Numbered from the whole stretch's first letter, positions 10,171-23,397 are shown. The stretch is DNA of 58,659 bases, filler included, from Dugesia japonica (GCA_001938525.1; 5 parts of 5 records of this genome joined end to end with filler, not necessarily neighbours in it), one strand, 5' to 3'. Notes: a model not told the origin generated them from the sequence alone. Made by a program: numbers and translations.

Positions 10171-11048
10171 TATGTGTGTTGCATCTGAGTTGCAACTGAG
10201 TTGCATATTTATTGCATTTATTTTAAAAAATTCAAAATGGCGGCTATGTTGAGTTTTAAAAACTTATTTTTTGGTGAGAAATTTATTAAAAATTCTCAGA
10301 CTTGTGATTTTCAGAGTGAGTGTATGGCATGTGAGTTGCAACTGAATCACACACCTATTTCATTTATTAATAAAAAATTCCCAGACACGTGTTTTTTAGT
10401 GTATGTGTGTTGCAGCTGTAATGCTTCTGAGTTGCATTTATGAAAATATATCTATCAAAAAACTTCNNNNNNNNNNNNNNNNNNNNNNNNNNNNNNNNNN
10501 NNNNNNNNNNNNNNNNGTCTTTTTAATATAATTAAATTTAATTAAATTAATTTATTTATGTAAGAGATGCGGCAGTCTTGATATTTTGCACGGGACGAAG
10601 GATTCTCTATATTTTACATGGTATGAGCGGAGTCTAAAATTCATAAGCGCGTGATTTTCAGTGTATGTTGGTTGCATCTGAGTTGCATCTGAGCTGCGTA
10701 CCTATTGCATTAATTTAAAATATCAATACAAATTCCTAGGCATGGGATTTTTAATGTATGTGTGTTGCATCTGAGTTGCAACTAAGTTGCATATTTATTG
10801 CATTTATTTTAAAAAATTCAAAATGGTGGCTATGTTGAGTTTTAAAAACTTATTTTTTGGTGAGAAATTTATTAAAAAGTCTCAGACTTGTGATTTTCAG
10901 AGTGAGTGTGGCATGTGAGTTGCAACTGAGTCGCACACCTATTGCATTTATTAATAAAAAATTCCCAGACACGTGATTTTTAGTGTATGTGTGTTGCAGC
11001 TGTAATGCTTCTGAGTTGCATTTATGAAAAAATCTATCAAAAAACTTC
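9931..11048 (+). repeat. ~535-bp direct duplication (9931-10466 / 10517-11048) rich in GTTGCATCTGAGTTGCA subrepeats
   Basis: Two near-identical copies with scattered substitutions either side of an N gap. Confidence 0.85.
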
Positions 11049-11169
11049 AAAGAGGGGAGTCTCTGTGATATTTACATTGTAAAAATTTAACTATTAAAAA
11101 TAACCAAAAAAGGGAGTCTATGTGATATTTACATAATAAAATATAACTTTTTTTAAAATATTCAAATAA

Positions 11170-11726
11170 AAAATTCAATCTGTTCGCTTCATTTGAATAT
11201 GAACATTGACATCAGGAATAAGGTATTTCGTTTGATCCATGAAATCAAGTTGTAATGAACCACATAGTGATAATTGTTTTGATTTTGCAATAGACTTTTT
11301 TCTATCTGCTTCTGATCCATATCCTATTGCTGCAANACATATATTCTTACTGTCACCATTTTAATTTNTTATAGTTTCAATAATTGCTTTATGAAGAAAA
11401 GATCCATTTTCAACTTCAATTTTGAAATTATTAAACGAAAGAATTACATCCTTAAAAAGCGTATGCAACATAAAGTTAATAGGAACCGAATCATCCGTAT
11501 CAGTCAAATCTCTGCCATCCTTATCAACTAACTTTACTTTAATATACAATAAAGTATCATTCAAATCCAAATATTCTGTTTGAGATCCATTTTTAAAAAA
11601 CTCTACGTCACTTTGTGATTCAGAAATTGAATTCCTAGGAAAAACATCTTCGAATGTACCATTTTTAATTACAGATTGTTGAGATGGTCGATCAAAAATA
11701 CATAATTCAGTTTTACCGCAAATCAT
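11170..11726 (-). pseudogene. Polinton major capsid protein (double jelly-roll, hexon-like), N-terminal part only
   Basis: CGKTELCIFDRPSQQSVI...DVEFFKNGSQTEYLDLNDTLLYIKVKL...PINFMLHTLFKDV, then LCGSLQLDFMDQTKYLIPDV; matches the Maverick MCP N-terminus (C.KSELDLF..PP.Q). Confidence 0.88.
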
Positions 11727-11838
11727 TTTGCAAATATTGTTCCATGTCCTCTCATTCGTTTGTTTATATGTGATACATGAAATTTCTTTCGTTTTTTATT
11801 AGTTGGTTCTGTTTTGGGTTGATTTGTTAGCATATTAG

Positions 11839-12165
11839 TTATTTCTGAAGTATTTTATTAGTTATACTTTGCGGTAATATGCCTGCTACTTTTGGAATCA
11901 TGCTGGTAACTGCACTAGGTAAGGAAGAATTTACATTTATAAGCTCAGCTAATGCATTTGATTTCAATGTAGGTAGTATTTTTCCGTCATTAGCTAGTAC
12001 ATCCTGAGCTGTTTTCATACGAAAAGAACCAATACGTCTAAGAATAGGCAAAGAAAATCTTCCTATTGTTCGTTGCCACCCAGATTCATACTGTTTTTCA
12101 AGAAAGTAAGGTAATTTTCCACCTGCTTGACTAGTACTATACAATGATACAATATCAGGGTTCAT
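11839..12165 (-). CDS. Polinton small core/membrane-active ('cupiennin-like') protein
   Basis: YSTSQAGGKLPYF..QYESGW..IGRFSLPILRRIG, with a Q.GG motif and amphipathic helix; sits between minor and major capsid genes. Confidence 0.65.
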   Translation of the reverse strand: MNPDIVSLYSTSQAGGKLPYFLEKQYESGWQRTIGRFSLPILRRIGSFRMKTAQDVLANDGKILPTLKSNALAELINVNSSLPSAVTSMIPKVAGILPQSITNKILQK

Positions 12166-12790
12166 TGTTAATTTTTCTCAAATGTAACGTTAAATATCTT
12201 TTTGAATCTTCAGCAAAGTTGACTAGTTTTCCATTTTCATCACGTATATTAATTTCTATAATATTTATATATGACGGAAAAATAGGTAAATACATTGAAT
12301 GATCAACAATTATTTGTTTTATCTCATCACTCTCATGTTTTTCTATCCATACTGCATTCAATAAGGGAACATTACCATTTCAAACAGTTATAGGTTCAAC
12401 AATACTACAACAGATGAACATTTCATTATAACACTTTAACATTCTAGGTTTCTTATTACTTTTATATAGTAGTTGTTGATCATTAAACTGTATTCGAGTA
12501 TATTGCGATTCTTTTAATCCTAATGTTTTTTGTTAAGGTTTTATCGAATTTAACACTTTTAGTTCTATTTGCCAATGTAAATTTAAATATTTCATTTTGC
12601 TTTAATGAAAACGTTTTAAATAACTTTGGAAGGTGTTTCTTAAAATAGTCATTTAGTTGATTTAAATCCTTTATATACAGGTCAGATTCGAATTGAAAAG
12701 AATGTTTAGTTACAATCGGATAATAGTATTTAACTTTCATTTTTTCAATGGATTCGTCATTTTTAAAGTGTTAAAAGCCAAAAAAATGCT
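12155..12790 (-). pseudogene. Polinton minor capsid protein (penton, single jelly-roll), fragmented
   Basis: MFICCSIVEPITV*NGNVPLLNAV...MYLPIFPSYINIIEINIRDENGKLVNF...LTLHLRK matches the Maverick mCP C-terminal consensus. Confidence 0.8.
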
Positions 12791-13008
12791 TTATCTTCAA
12801 AATTTTTACTAGTATCAAAAACTAACTTAATATCCGTTGTGAGGTAAATTAAATAGACAGATTGATTCAGGGAATTTTTTGTGGCAAATTAATAAAAGAA
12901 TAATAATTTAAAATAAATATCAGAATTAATAATAGTAAAATCAGAATAAAACATTTTTAAATAANNNNNNNNNNNNNNNNNNNNNNNNNNNNNNNNNNNN
13001 NNNNNNNN

Positions 13009-13020
13009 TTAATTAATTAA
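13009..13020. other. Artificial assembly linker TTAATTAATTAA within Ns (also 32106-32117, 40815-40826, 50287-50298)
   Basis: Identical 12-mer with stops in all six frames, centred in ~100-bp N spacers four times. Confidence 0.9.
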
Positions 13021-13543
13021 NNNNNNNNNNNNNNNNNNNNNNNNNNNNNNNNNNNNNNNNNNNNGAAGATTTTGAACATGTTATAAATACGGCAGGATTT
13101 TAAATTTAGTTTGGAACAAACAACGTAGACCGAAGGAAAAAAATTCCATGAAAAATTTAAGTAAACAGTACAATGGTTGATTGGATGCAAACACTTTAAA
13201 AGATCAGGTTATAATTGTATTTAAGCACTAAATGCAAAGAAAATATGAAATCAACTGAATATGTTGTTTCAAGTTGGTAGGTTTTTGATTAGTTTTATAG
13301 TAATAATTGCAAGCTTAATAAAGTACTCTCAGCCCGCGTAGAGGAAAATGAGTCTCCGTCGTATCGAATAATAATATAATATCAGATATTGCTAGTAACG
13401 AAGTATAAAAAAAATAAAAAAGGATAACAATTTATTAAACAATGACTATATTTCCTAAAACAACAGTAAAATTTAAAGTTAATATAATATCCGCATGTAT
13501 AAATTACATTTACAGTTGAATTCTCACTTTATATTTGGCGTTT

Positions 13544-13664
13544 GGGACCATCCATTAAGGACGTCCCCTAAAAATTAGAACTTTTTGACCCCTCCCTATT
13601 TTCCACACGTGTCCGCTTTGTGGAGACCCTCCCTTCCGAGGGGACGTCTTTAATGAATGGTCCC
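13544..13664. mobile_element. 121-bp MITE, 26-bp TIR GGGACCATCCATTAAGGACGTCCCCT, 3-bp TSD TTT (Zator or PIF/Harbinger-like)
   Basis: TIRs match 24/26; TTT on both sides; GG...CC termini. Confidence 0.8.
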
Positions 13665-13799
13665 TTTGATAAAATATTTTTCAAATGAAATTTTCAAAAT
13701 TAATTTATTCCTAGTTTGTTTACGGTTTTCATTTTACTCTCTAAATATTGCTTGAAAATATTTTGTAAATCCAAAAGTAATAAATAATCTATAATATTA

Positions 13800-15018
13800 C
13801 TATTGCTGGGCTTCGAGGTTTTATTTCTTCATAGCAATCGTTCTTATTGACATTGTTCTTCTTTGTGCTGGTGTCACCTAGGGGTAGATACCCCGAAACC
13901 GTCCGAAATTTGACAATGCCTCGTGAATTGTCATGCAGGACTATGCGGTATCCCGTCTTAGAGTTTCAATTTCGATGTGCCTGGCTACAGTTACTGTTTA
14001 ATTTCACCATTTTTATGAGTCTCCACAGTGAAAAAATTTGAACTTCTTGGATAATTAGATTTTTATTTACAAAAACAAGTCATTATTCATGATCGATTAC
14101 TTCCTTTGCTCTTTCCTTCCACATCTCCTTCTCCATCTTCGATGTCTGTGTTAAGGTTCGCAGCGTTGCGATCAGTATGCTTTTTCCATCGGCGTATGTC
14201 TTATTGATTTCAGCCATCATGTGGTACGTTTGCGAGAGAGCTTGACCCCGTTTCTTTAGCTGAGTGTTCTTTTCTCGGAGCATGGTGTTTTTGTGCTGGA
14301 GCTCCGTTATTTCATTTTGAAGTTTCCTGTGTCAGAAGCTTCATCTCTTACGCAAATTCGCCAGAGATGTATCAACCGTTATTTTCCTGGCATTAGATAC
14401 AGAAACAAAATTAGACAGCTAATCCATTGGTAAACATTCAAATATTTAATTTAATGATCACAATACAGCATTCATAATTGATTTCAAAACTTAAAATTTA
14501 AAAATAGTATCTTATTTATAGAAAGAAAAAACTGCTAAGATAATTATTATATTGTCAAATTTACACAGTCACATTGTTGTTTCGATAGTAATAATGCCAT
14601 CGTCCAGAGGAAGGATTATCTGTTGGAGCGCTGTCTCGATCTTTGTGGATAACGTTTTGAATAATTTCGTGCATTCCTCGGCTCCAAGTTGAGTGGCTCT
14701 GATCGTCTTGATTAAATGCTGTTGATGCTTGGAGACTTCTGTAGCCCGTATGAGCAACCATACTAATGCCTTTTCACGTTCCTCTTGCTTTGTCACGAGA
14801 GTTGTCAGCTGTTGATCATATAGTTGTTTCTGATTAACTATGCGTTTCTGCAAGTTATCAAGTTAATTCAATTTATCTGCATGTTGTCGCTCCTGACTGG
14901 TTATTTTTTCTTCCAATGTGCGAATATACTCATCCTTCTGTTTCAGCTGATCCTGAAAAATCCACCAAGACTCGGTATCAGTACCTTCCAGCCCTAGTGA
15001 GTCCCACAAATTAGACAT
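13800..15018 (-). pseudogene. Degenerate coiled-coil ORF cluster of unknown origin
   Basis: Higher-GC coding-like blocks separated by AT-rich spacers: MSNLWDSLGLEG...QDQLKQKDEYIRTLEEKI...*...QKQLYDQQLTTL and LREKNTQLKKRGQ; contains in-frame stops. Confidence 0.4.
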
Positions 15019-15859
15019 TATTTGCTGCAATGGTTCGGAACCTCCAACGATTTTCGCTCATACTCTCCTCGGCTTCAATCTCTGGTCATTATATATTATT
15101 AATACATATGATCATATTATTATCCATAGGTATCCGTTTCAGCGCGGCCCCTTGTAGTTCAGACCAACCAAAACACGACTCATTCGACCCGTCGGCCTCG
15201 CTTTGAAGACCCACTTTATTAATTTACTCTCAGAATCTTGCAAATCGTTTGGACTATCCACGTCATTCTTTTATCTAATTTCGTTTCAAACGTTACTGGT
15301 TCTCCGTGGCGATATCAACGAGTCAACTAATTTTTGATTGATTTGCACTACTTTAATTTGAACTCATTGATTTCACCCCAGCAATCTCAACAGACATTAG
15401 ACCATTCATAACCCCCTATGGAATTGGAAATTCTATTCATAAATTATGCCTGTATTACTGATCTTGTTACAAAGTTAATCGATTAATTTAAATTGTTCGA
15501 ATTATTAATATTTATTCACAAGTCCCCAATTCCCACGCGATAATGAATGGCCTCGCTGCTTCAAAATTTTTAAACAAAAACAAAACGTTAGAATTATCAA
15601 CTAATAAATATCTAATGAAAATTATAATTGTTACATAAATATCATAAGTAAAATTAGTATTACAATTAATAAAAGTTTATAGCAGAAACATAATATCGTA
15701 AAACAAATATGGGGATGATTATTTTTTGTTAATTCTGTAGCGAATTAGGTGCTCACTTTTTTTATTCCACTTTTTTCAAGTGGAATGGCTTAAAAAAATA
15801 TTTTTCTTAAAAAATAATAATTTTCTTAAACTTGTAAGAGTTTTAGAAATAAAGATAAC

Positions 15860-16620
15860 TACACAATCACATGCAAATATGAACATATCAATCCTGAATT
15901 CTTACATAAAATCATCAGACCTTTTACATATAACTTTCCTGTTATAATTCCTTTTTGTTCATTATAAATAATATTTATTGAATAATAATAATTTTAATTA
16001 TATTTATCGATAATAATAATAATTTCACATTTTCATATTTTTATAAAATTATAATAATACAATTCTTCTATTTAAATCTGACGAATAATCCAATATTTTA
16101 TTATTTATAATGATGATGATGAATCATTTTGCTTTTTTCTTATCATTTCTCTTTAAAATATCCAAATATTTTAATATAATTATTTGTCTTAATCTTTCCT
16201 TTTCTCTCATCAATATAATTTTATTTTAATATATGAATACTTTATATAAATTATAAATAATGATATATATTCCTTGTTTTATTTACATTCTCTTTTTCGA
16301 TCATTTAAACAATTTGATTTATTTTCTGAGCACTATTTTACCTTAGTTTCTTTGAAGCCATCTAATTAATGATTATTTTCAGCTATTATATCTTTTAATT
16401 TTTAATCAATTCTTTGTTTTCTCAACAACTTATTACATCTTTATTTTCTTTTTACATTTTACCCTAGATTTTGTTCAATATTTCCTTGTGCTTTTTTATT
16501 CCAATTATTCTTATTATTATTAATCATTTCCTTACCATTTTATTGATTATTATTTCTTTTATTTCTGATTATTTTCTAATTTATTTTACTATTACCCTTT
16601 CATTTGNNTCATTCTCCGCG
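15860..16620 (-). pseudogene. Highly decayed gag/protease-like low-complexity remnant
   Basis: Lys/Asn-rich minus strand ending in a KGIITGKLYVKG...NSG protease-like segment. Confidence 0.25.
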
Positions 16621-17249
16621 TTTAATATTTTACTGAAGACTGTTTCAGCCCAACATTATGCATTGAAGACTAAGTTCTATAATTTAAGCCCTTTAAAAGG
16701 CTCTGCGAAGCTTCGATATTTGATTCAAGAACCAATTACTAAAATTATTCAATTCGAAGGTTTTCGAATAAATTTTATTAAAAATATAACTAAAATCTTA
16801 ATCGCCTCAAAAGTTTTTTTTTTCAAGAAGTCAACGCTAGACATTCGCCAAAGTTTTTTTATAAAATCTAATTTTGTGACTTATTGCAAATGTATTTGTT
16901 TTAATTGCTATAATTTCAATAATAAACTGTGTTAATTTTATGACCAATTTGGTATAAAAATTCTATATTGTCTCACGTTACTAACAAGCTGTTAATTTGA
17001 TAATAGCCAGAAATAACCGTATGAATAAAAAATTAACAATATATTTTATGAAATTGTTTTTCAAAACTTAAAAATAAATTTGATTTGTGAACAAATAGGC
17101 AGTAAGAAGTATTTTCAGTTGTGAAATCAAAATCACGACATTTTGTCCCACCATATATTTTTTAATATTCACTAAAAGATTTCTGAAACCAAGAAAAACA
17201 GGATTATATACCTTATTTTAAATATAATATTATATTTTAGATTTAACAA

Positions 17250-18971
17250 ATTAGGTCTGCTAGTTTTGAAATTTTCAAAATAATAGCTAGGCATGACAAA
17301 TATTTCAGTGATGATGATTACATCAAAGAATCTTGGCTAGAATGTGCACCGTATTTTGAAGATTTTCAAAGTAAAGCGAATAAGAAATCTACCAATTAGT
17401 CGGAATACAGTAAGAGATAATAATTAACTTGAATTCAAATATTGAAAATGAAATAAAAGAAGATTTCAAGTTATCTTTTCTATTAGCCTGGACGAAAGTA
17501 CTGATGTGACATAGTCAGTTCGATTAGTCATTTTTGCTAGATATCTCAAAAACAACGAAATGCGCGAGTAATTAATAAAATTAGCAAATTGATCTGGAAC
17601 AACAATGGGTGCAGGAATTTGCCAAAACCTTGTGAATGAATTCAAAATTACAGACTTTGATCCACAACTACTGATGGTGCACCAAGTATACCTGGAAAAG
17701 ATATAAGTTGTATGAAATTGTTTACAAGACATGTTGGACACCAATTGGTAGCATTTCACTGTATAGTGCACCAAGAAGCCTTGTGTGCAAAATTCAGTTT
17801 AAAAGAACTTGAAAATGTTATGAAAATTAAAACAAAAATTACAAATTTCATTACTGCATGTGTTTTAAATAAGAGATTTGAGCTACTGTTAAATGAAGTT
17901 CAATCAGTTTATTATGGGTTATTAATGTACAATAGTGTTCGCTAGATTAGCAAAGGTCGCGTGCTGGAACGTTTTGTAGAATTCCTTGATCAAATTCAAA
18001 TGTTTATGGATGGCAACAAACTGAATTATTCGGAATTAACTGATGTTTACTGGCTCAGCTGCTTGATGTTATTTACAGATTTTACTTTACATATAAATGA
18101 ACTTAACACTAAGTTGCTAGGTTGTGGAAAAACCATTGATGAGGCTTTTGACATCATAACAACATTTGAAAAGAAGTTGAAAATTTTCAAACGTGATTTG
18201 GACAAACAAAAGTTTCCATATTTTCCAAGAATTAAAAAATTTTATACTGAAATAAAAATCAATGAAACAGTTGTCAAAAAGTACAGCATTTGTTATTTTT
18301 AGAGATAGACGACTCAACCCTCGAACAGTTTCCAGTGTGTTTTGTGAAGTTTAGAAAGTTTGAAGACACAACAAAATTTATAAAATATCCGGATAAAGTC
18401 AAATTTGAAAATGACAATGTTTGACTAGACGGAAGTACAAGCATTTCAAATGCATGTAGCTACGGTCCAGGGAAATTTGGAATTACAAATTGGTTGACTT
18501 ACGAATGCGACTAGAAATAATTGAACATGATAGCTGCAATGGATTAAAACCGCTATCGGTCAAAAATGAGGTGCTCAGAGTCTGGAATGAATTGTCTGAG
18601 ACTTTCAACTGTATGAAAAAAGTATCAGTGGAAATTTTATCGATTTTCTCATCTAGTTACTCGTGCAAATCTTTGTATTCAACGACGAATTTCATAAAAT
18701 CAGACATCAGAAACAGTTTGAGTGATGACTTGAGTGCGTAGCTTTGAAGATTACCAAATATTTTCCGATATAAAACTTTTATAATCTGCCCTACAACAGC
18801 GAAAATCATATTCACTTCCATTTAAATTACATTACTTTTAATTGGATTTAATAAATTTAATTAATGTTTAATTGAAGCTTTAACCAAAAAAATTACTTGA
18901 CACTCGAAAATGGTTTTGTTTTTAAATTAAAATATATTGGTACGTGATTTAAAAAAGGTTTTCCAGCCCTG
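17250..18971 (+). mobile_element. hAT (Charlie/SPIN/Buster, GTF2IRD2-like) transposon remnant
   Basis: FSISLDESTDV, FHCIVHQEALCAK, YNSVR*ISKGRVLERF, and dimerisation motif FSSSYSCKSLYS...IKSDIRNSLSD; right terminus ...TTCCAGCCCTG at 18971. Confidence 0.9.
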
Positions 18972-19199
18972 ATATATTCTATGCCAAAAATTCACAATCA
19001 TTGAAGAATAAATAACATTTTAAATTTCTTTATTAGATTTTTATTAGTTCATTAGTTTATTAGTATAATAGTTTATTTATTATTATTTTTTTCTTTTTAT
19101 TAGTTAATATTATTTAACAGTAATTTTCATTCATTTTATAATAATAAGGTTTCATTTTTAATATGCAAAATTTTTATAAGAAAATGTTTTATATAAAAT

Positions 19200-19810
19200 G
19201 TCTGAGTACGCTGTGTAATTGTAGAAACAAATCCTAAAATTGTTTTATGATTACTTCATTCAAAATTTTTTAAAAATTTAAACTTTCAATTTAAAATGCT
19301 CTTAAGAATATTTTAAATATTAATGTTGTATCTCAATCTCATAAGGTTATAAATATGTTCATTAATAAATCTAGAATCCCTTCAGGTTTGTGGTTTGATC
19401 TGGTCTATCAATTTAAATGAAATGTATGTAACGCCACATATATTGGAGAGACTTCCTGTCAGAGTACAATAGCAGAGTCAAAATAGTGGAAATAGTAATA
19501 TTGTTGAACATCGAAGAAAATATATAAATTCAATAGGATTTTCTGGTTTTAAGCTATTCTGCAGTCCATTTAAAAATTATGAGGAGAAAGTGATGAGTGC
19601 AGCTTTGTTTATAAGGACATTAAATCCTAAAAATTAATGTTCTTTTGACGGATTCAATATCGCTCTTTAAATTATTTTATTTGGATTACATAATTGAAAT
19701 TATATAATCAATTAAACTTTATAAATAGTTTGTTTTAATGATTTTTAAATGCCTGATGATTACGGTTATTCCATCGAAATTAATTGTCGATAAATATTTT
19801 TTAAATGAAA
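19200..19810 (+). mobile_element. Penelope-like element 3' remnant (GIY-YIG fragment, degenerate hammerhead-like motif ~19746-19795)
   Basis: NVCNATYIGETS at ~19420-19455; downstream CTGATGA...CGAAA. Confidence 0.55.
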
Positions 19811-21899
19811 TTCTTTTATTTTTATTTTTAATTATGACAATTTTAGATACCATGGAAGAGGTACCAAGAGCATGTAAAAATCACAATCGAAAAATTTATA
19901 ACGATCGGATCGATAAAGAAAGACAACTAAGAGAATTGACAGGAAAATTTTACTTAATCTGAAAATTACGTAGTTAAGACGTACTGACGGAAATCCTATT
20001 TCTTTTGAAAATTTTAAATACATAACACACACGCTATGTACACGAAAATACGGCAATAAGATCACTTTTAAATGCATTCAATATTTTGTAAGGTTTCCAT
20101 ATCCTTTCAACATTATTCAAAATAAGGAATATTAAATAAATAACTAGTTTTATTCATTTCATATCGATTTTTCAAATGCTTTACACGAATTATCTTAAAA
20201 TTGTTAAAAATTAAACAATGTTATACTGTTTTCCGTAACTAAATAAAGTGTATATTAAACAGTGAATACTTTATTATTCTTCCTTCCAAAGAAAAATATT
20301 AATGTCACTGTACAGTTTAAAAATCAATATAAAGTTTCATGAATAGAAACATATCTGAATAAACTTTAGAATAAATAAATATCACACAAATTCGCAGTAA
20401 CTGCTACATAATAATAATTAATGGTTATAATAAAAAAAAATCCGAGAAAAATTAATTAATTAGTGTTCAAAAATCGATGTGGGCGACAGAGTAAACTTTC
20501 GCTGGTATTGAAATTCTGCTTAATACTAATTATAATTACAAAAAAGGCATAATATGGTTACGGTAGAACTATGAGACACAATAAACAGATCTCGAAATAA
20601 AAATCCAATAATGACCTCCATTACAACCTTTCACAAGCAGTTAGACATACATACACGCACATTATCGATATATATTTCTCACGTAAATTAAATAGTAAAT
20701 GAAAAATCATATTTGACATGTATTGAAAATATTTTAATTTTCTCTTTCTGAGAAGTGATTCAAAATTTTCAAGGAATTTATAGAAACAAATAACGCGTGT
20801 GTTTATTTTTTAAAATTAAATTTTCACGACAGCACTTTTGTTAATTTTACAAAACTAAATTACATATAATTACTTAAAATATAAAAATTTCTTTGCGATT
20901 TTCTTATATTTCTCCGAGTTTCGATAAAAAAAAAGCTACCATTGATATATTCATGTTTTCACAATCATAAGAATAACGCATTTCAGCAATTTTCAATAAT
21001 TTTTCTTATTCTAATATGCTAATTCTGAGAATAAATTGTATTATTCGCCCATGTGACTAATTTATTCGATAGGAAATGCTTTATAATGAATAGTCTAAAA
21101 TGGGTCAGTTGATGGACACTCTTCCTCCTTCTAGTGTTAAGCGAATACTATTAATTTTACTAATTAAAATATTAAAACATAGTGGTGGATGTTTGTTTGT
21201 GCGTGATACTCAATATTATTCAACGACTTTCAAAAAAATTTAAAAATTATAATTTTTTATTAAAGGTTTTAATATTTCAATTGATAAATTAAAAAACCCA
21301 GTGATGTTTGTTTGTTCCTTAATTCGTGCGTGATGCTCAAAATTTAGAATTTTAAACTAAAGGTTAAAGACGAAAACATGCAGAGTGAACATGATCAGAT
21401 AACATCCTGAAGTAATTGATGCGTCAAATAGGGCGGATGGTTGGTGGTTAAATCCAAATGGACAAGAGGTTTGTTGGACAACAGGAAAAAAGAAAGTAGG
21501 CGGAAGTCACTGATGTTGAGCAAAACAAGATATCTTGAACAGGTCCTGAGCAAACGAGCGAATAATACAAAAATGAGGTACCTAAAAGGCGGGTGGTTGT
21601 TGGGTATTCTTTAAACAGACTTCATTTACATGTCACATCGATGTTAGGTATGTATATTTTAGCTTTTTTTTTGTAAAAGAATAATGATGCATTAAAAAAT
21701 TTAATCCAAAAAATGATTTTTTTCTATGCGCATTCTTTGATCACGGGACGGTTTGTCGCTCATAAAATACCTAGTAATAATTATAGTTAGAAATTAGTGA
21801 TTATTTAAACAGTCCATTTTATTTAAATAAGACAAAATTGTGCTTTTTTGAATAAAAAGTTATTATCAATATCAAGTCTTTTTACTGTTGACCACACCG

Positions 21900-22500
21900 A
21901 AATGAATGCGTTAACTAAAATGAATCGCAAAGAAAAGCAAAAATATTTCTCTGTAACTCAGAAAACGCAAGAAATGTTAATTCCAAAACCAGTTTCTTCG
22001 ATGGTCTCAATCAAGATGCCAAAGATGGGATGCACGTAACGAAAGATTTTGCAAGATTCAATCAAATGGAATTTTCTTTTGCTTAATATATGATTTTAAG
22101 AAGAAATGCAAAGCAATTGTAGAAAGAATATAATTATTCAAATGAATACATTACCAATAAACAGGTCGAAAAATGGTTTATTGAAATGTATTCTAATACA
22201 AAATCGATTTACGATAAAAGTTAAGGAATTGTCTTTTACAAAACAGAGAACAGATGAGGAGTATAGAAATTTTGAAATTTCAGTTAAGAAAATTATTGCA
22301 AATGTAGTTTAAAAAAAATTAACAATAGAAGAAATTGCAAGAGCATTTATTCCGCAATGATTACAGAATGAAAAACTACACGAATCCTTTGCAATTTATC
22401 CAACAATGCCTGACGAAAGAAAAGCGAACTTGCAACAAATTTAAGAAAATTTGTGTCGCATCGGGAAGTCCCTGTCATGAAATCAAGATATTCGTAAGTA
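21900..22500 (+). pseudogene. Decayed retrotransposon gag
   Basis: IPKPV/FDGLNQDAKD and TKQRTDEEYRNF resemble gypsy capsid motifs; many stops. Confidence 0.4.
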
Positions 22501-22821
22501 GTTAGTAAACTTCAATATTATAATCAGTGTTCAAACGGGAAGAAGACATATATTGAACACCAAATGAATTCAATAAATTTCAAAGTTTCGCTAAATAGAA
22601 ATACCATTAAAAAGTCCACAGCACATAAAGAAAAAGATAAAAATTTGCCACAATCAAGCAATAATTGGAATTTCTTCCATGAAGCAATTAAACCGCAACG
22701 ATCAATGAAAATTATTGCAATAAAATTCTATAATCAATACAGAGGTAAAGCACGTCTACGTGATGTAATTGTATTTTTAAAAAACAGATTTAATATATGT
22801 TAATATAAACTTTTAAAAATC

Positions 22822-22838
22822 ATAATAATAATAATAAT

Positions 22839-22890
<52 letters not shown>
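22822..22890 (+). repeat. (TAA)n microsatellite
   Basis: Directly visible; runs into a gap. Confidence 0.95.
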
Positions 22891-22891
<1 letters not shown>

Positions 22892-22974
22892 NNNNNNNNN
22901 NNNNNNNNNNNNNNNNNNNNNNNNNNNNNNNNNNNNNNNNNNNNNNNNNNNNNNNNNNNNNNNNNNAAATTTAC

Positions 22975-23397
22975 CATCATTCGTAGGTGAACTACAAAAA
23001 TTTGGATATTCATAATACTTCATTTGGATATTATCTTCTAGGGTTTCAATTTCTTTCATTTTCTGCATATCTGTGATATTATCATCTATATATTCGCCTT
23101 CGTCATGTAAAATGAAATCATTTTTAACGTTATATACATATTGTTTTCCAGCACGAGGTTTTCTGAAATTTCTATTGTTATAGCGGTTATTATTATGCCC
23201 ACGATAATATTTGTTGTGGTATTGATATTGATTAACCGGGTAATAAAAGTAGTTTATATCACTTGAATAAGGATAGTTGTACAAAAGATATGAAGGTAAA
23301 CACTGATATGCAGTATTGTTGAAATAATAAGTAGCAGAGGAATAGTTATTCGGTAAATTTGGTGATAAATGGGTATTCGGATATCGCCAATCATTAC
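22975..23397 (-). CDS. Probable internal exon of a host gene (Tyr/Asn-rich, unidentified)
   Basis: TTTTAAG| acceptor and |GTAAAT donor; 423 nt, phase 1-1, no stops (NDWRYPNTHLSP...YYRGHNNNRYNNRNFRKPR...FCSSPTND). Confidence 0.6.

Larger units (their letters stand above)
8925..12800 (-). mobile_element. Polinton/Maverick element, other end with capsid block; internally deleted
   Basis: Starts AGTAATGGGATAGCAGCGCATAGGCACAATT, matching the reverse complement of the 3484 terminus. Minor capsid, core-like ORF and major capsid on the minus strand; the MCP is truncated at ~11170. Confidence 0.85.

Noticed and set aside
16471-16935. 154-aa hydrophobic ORF suggesting a membrane protein
   Set aside because: Product of T-rich low-complexity sequence; no family motif.
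22813-23013. Poly-Ile/poly-Tyr ORF tails
   Set aside because: Translation of the (TAA)n microsatellite and gap beyond the splice donor at 22974.
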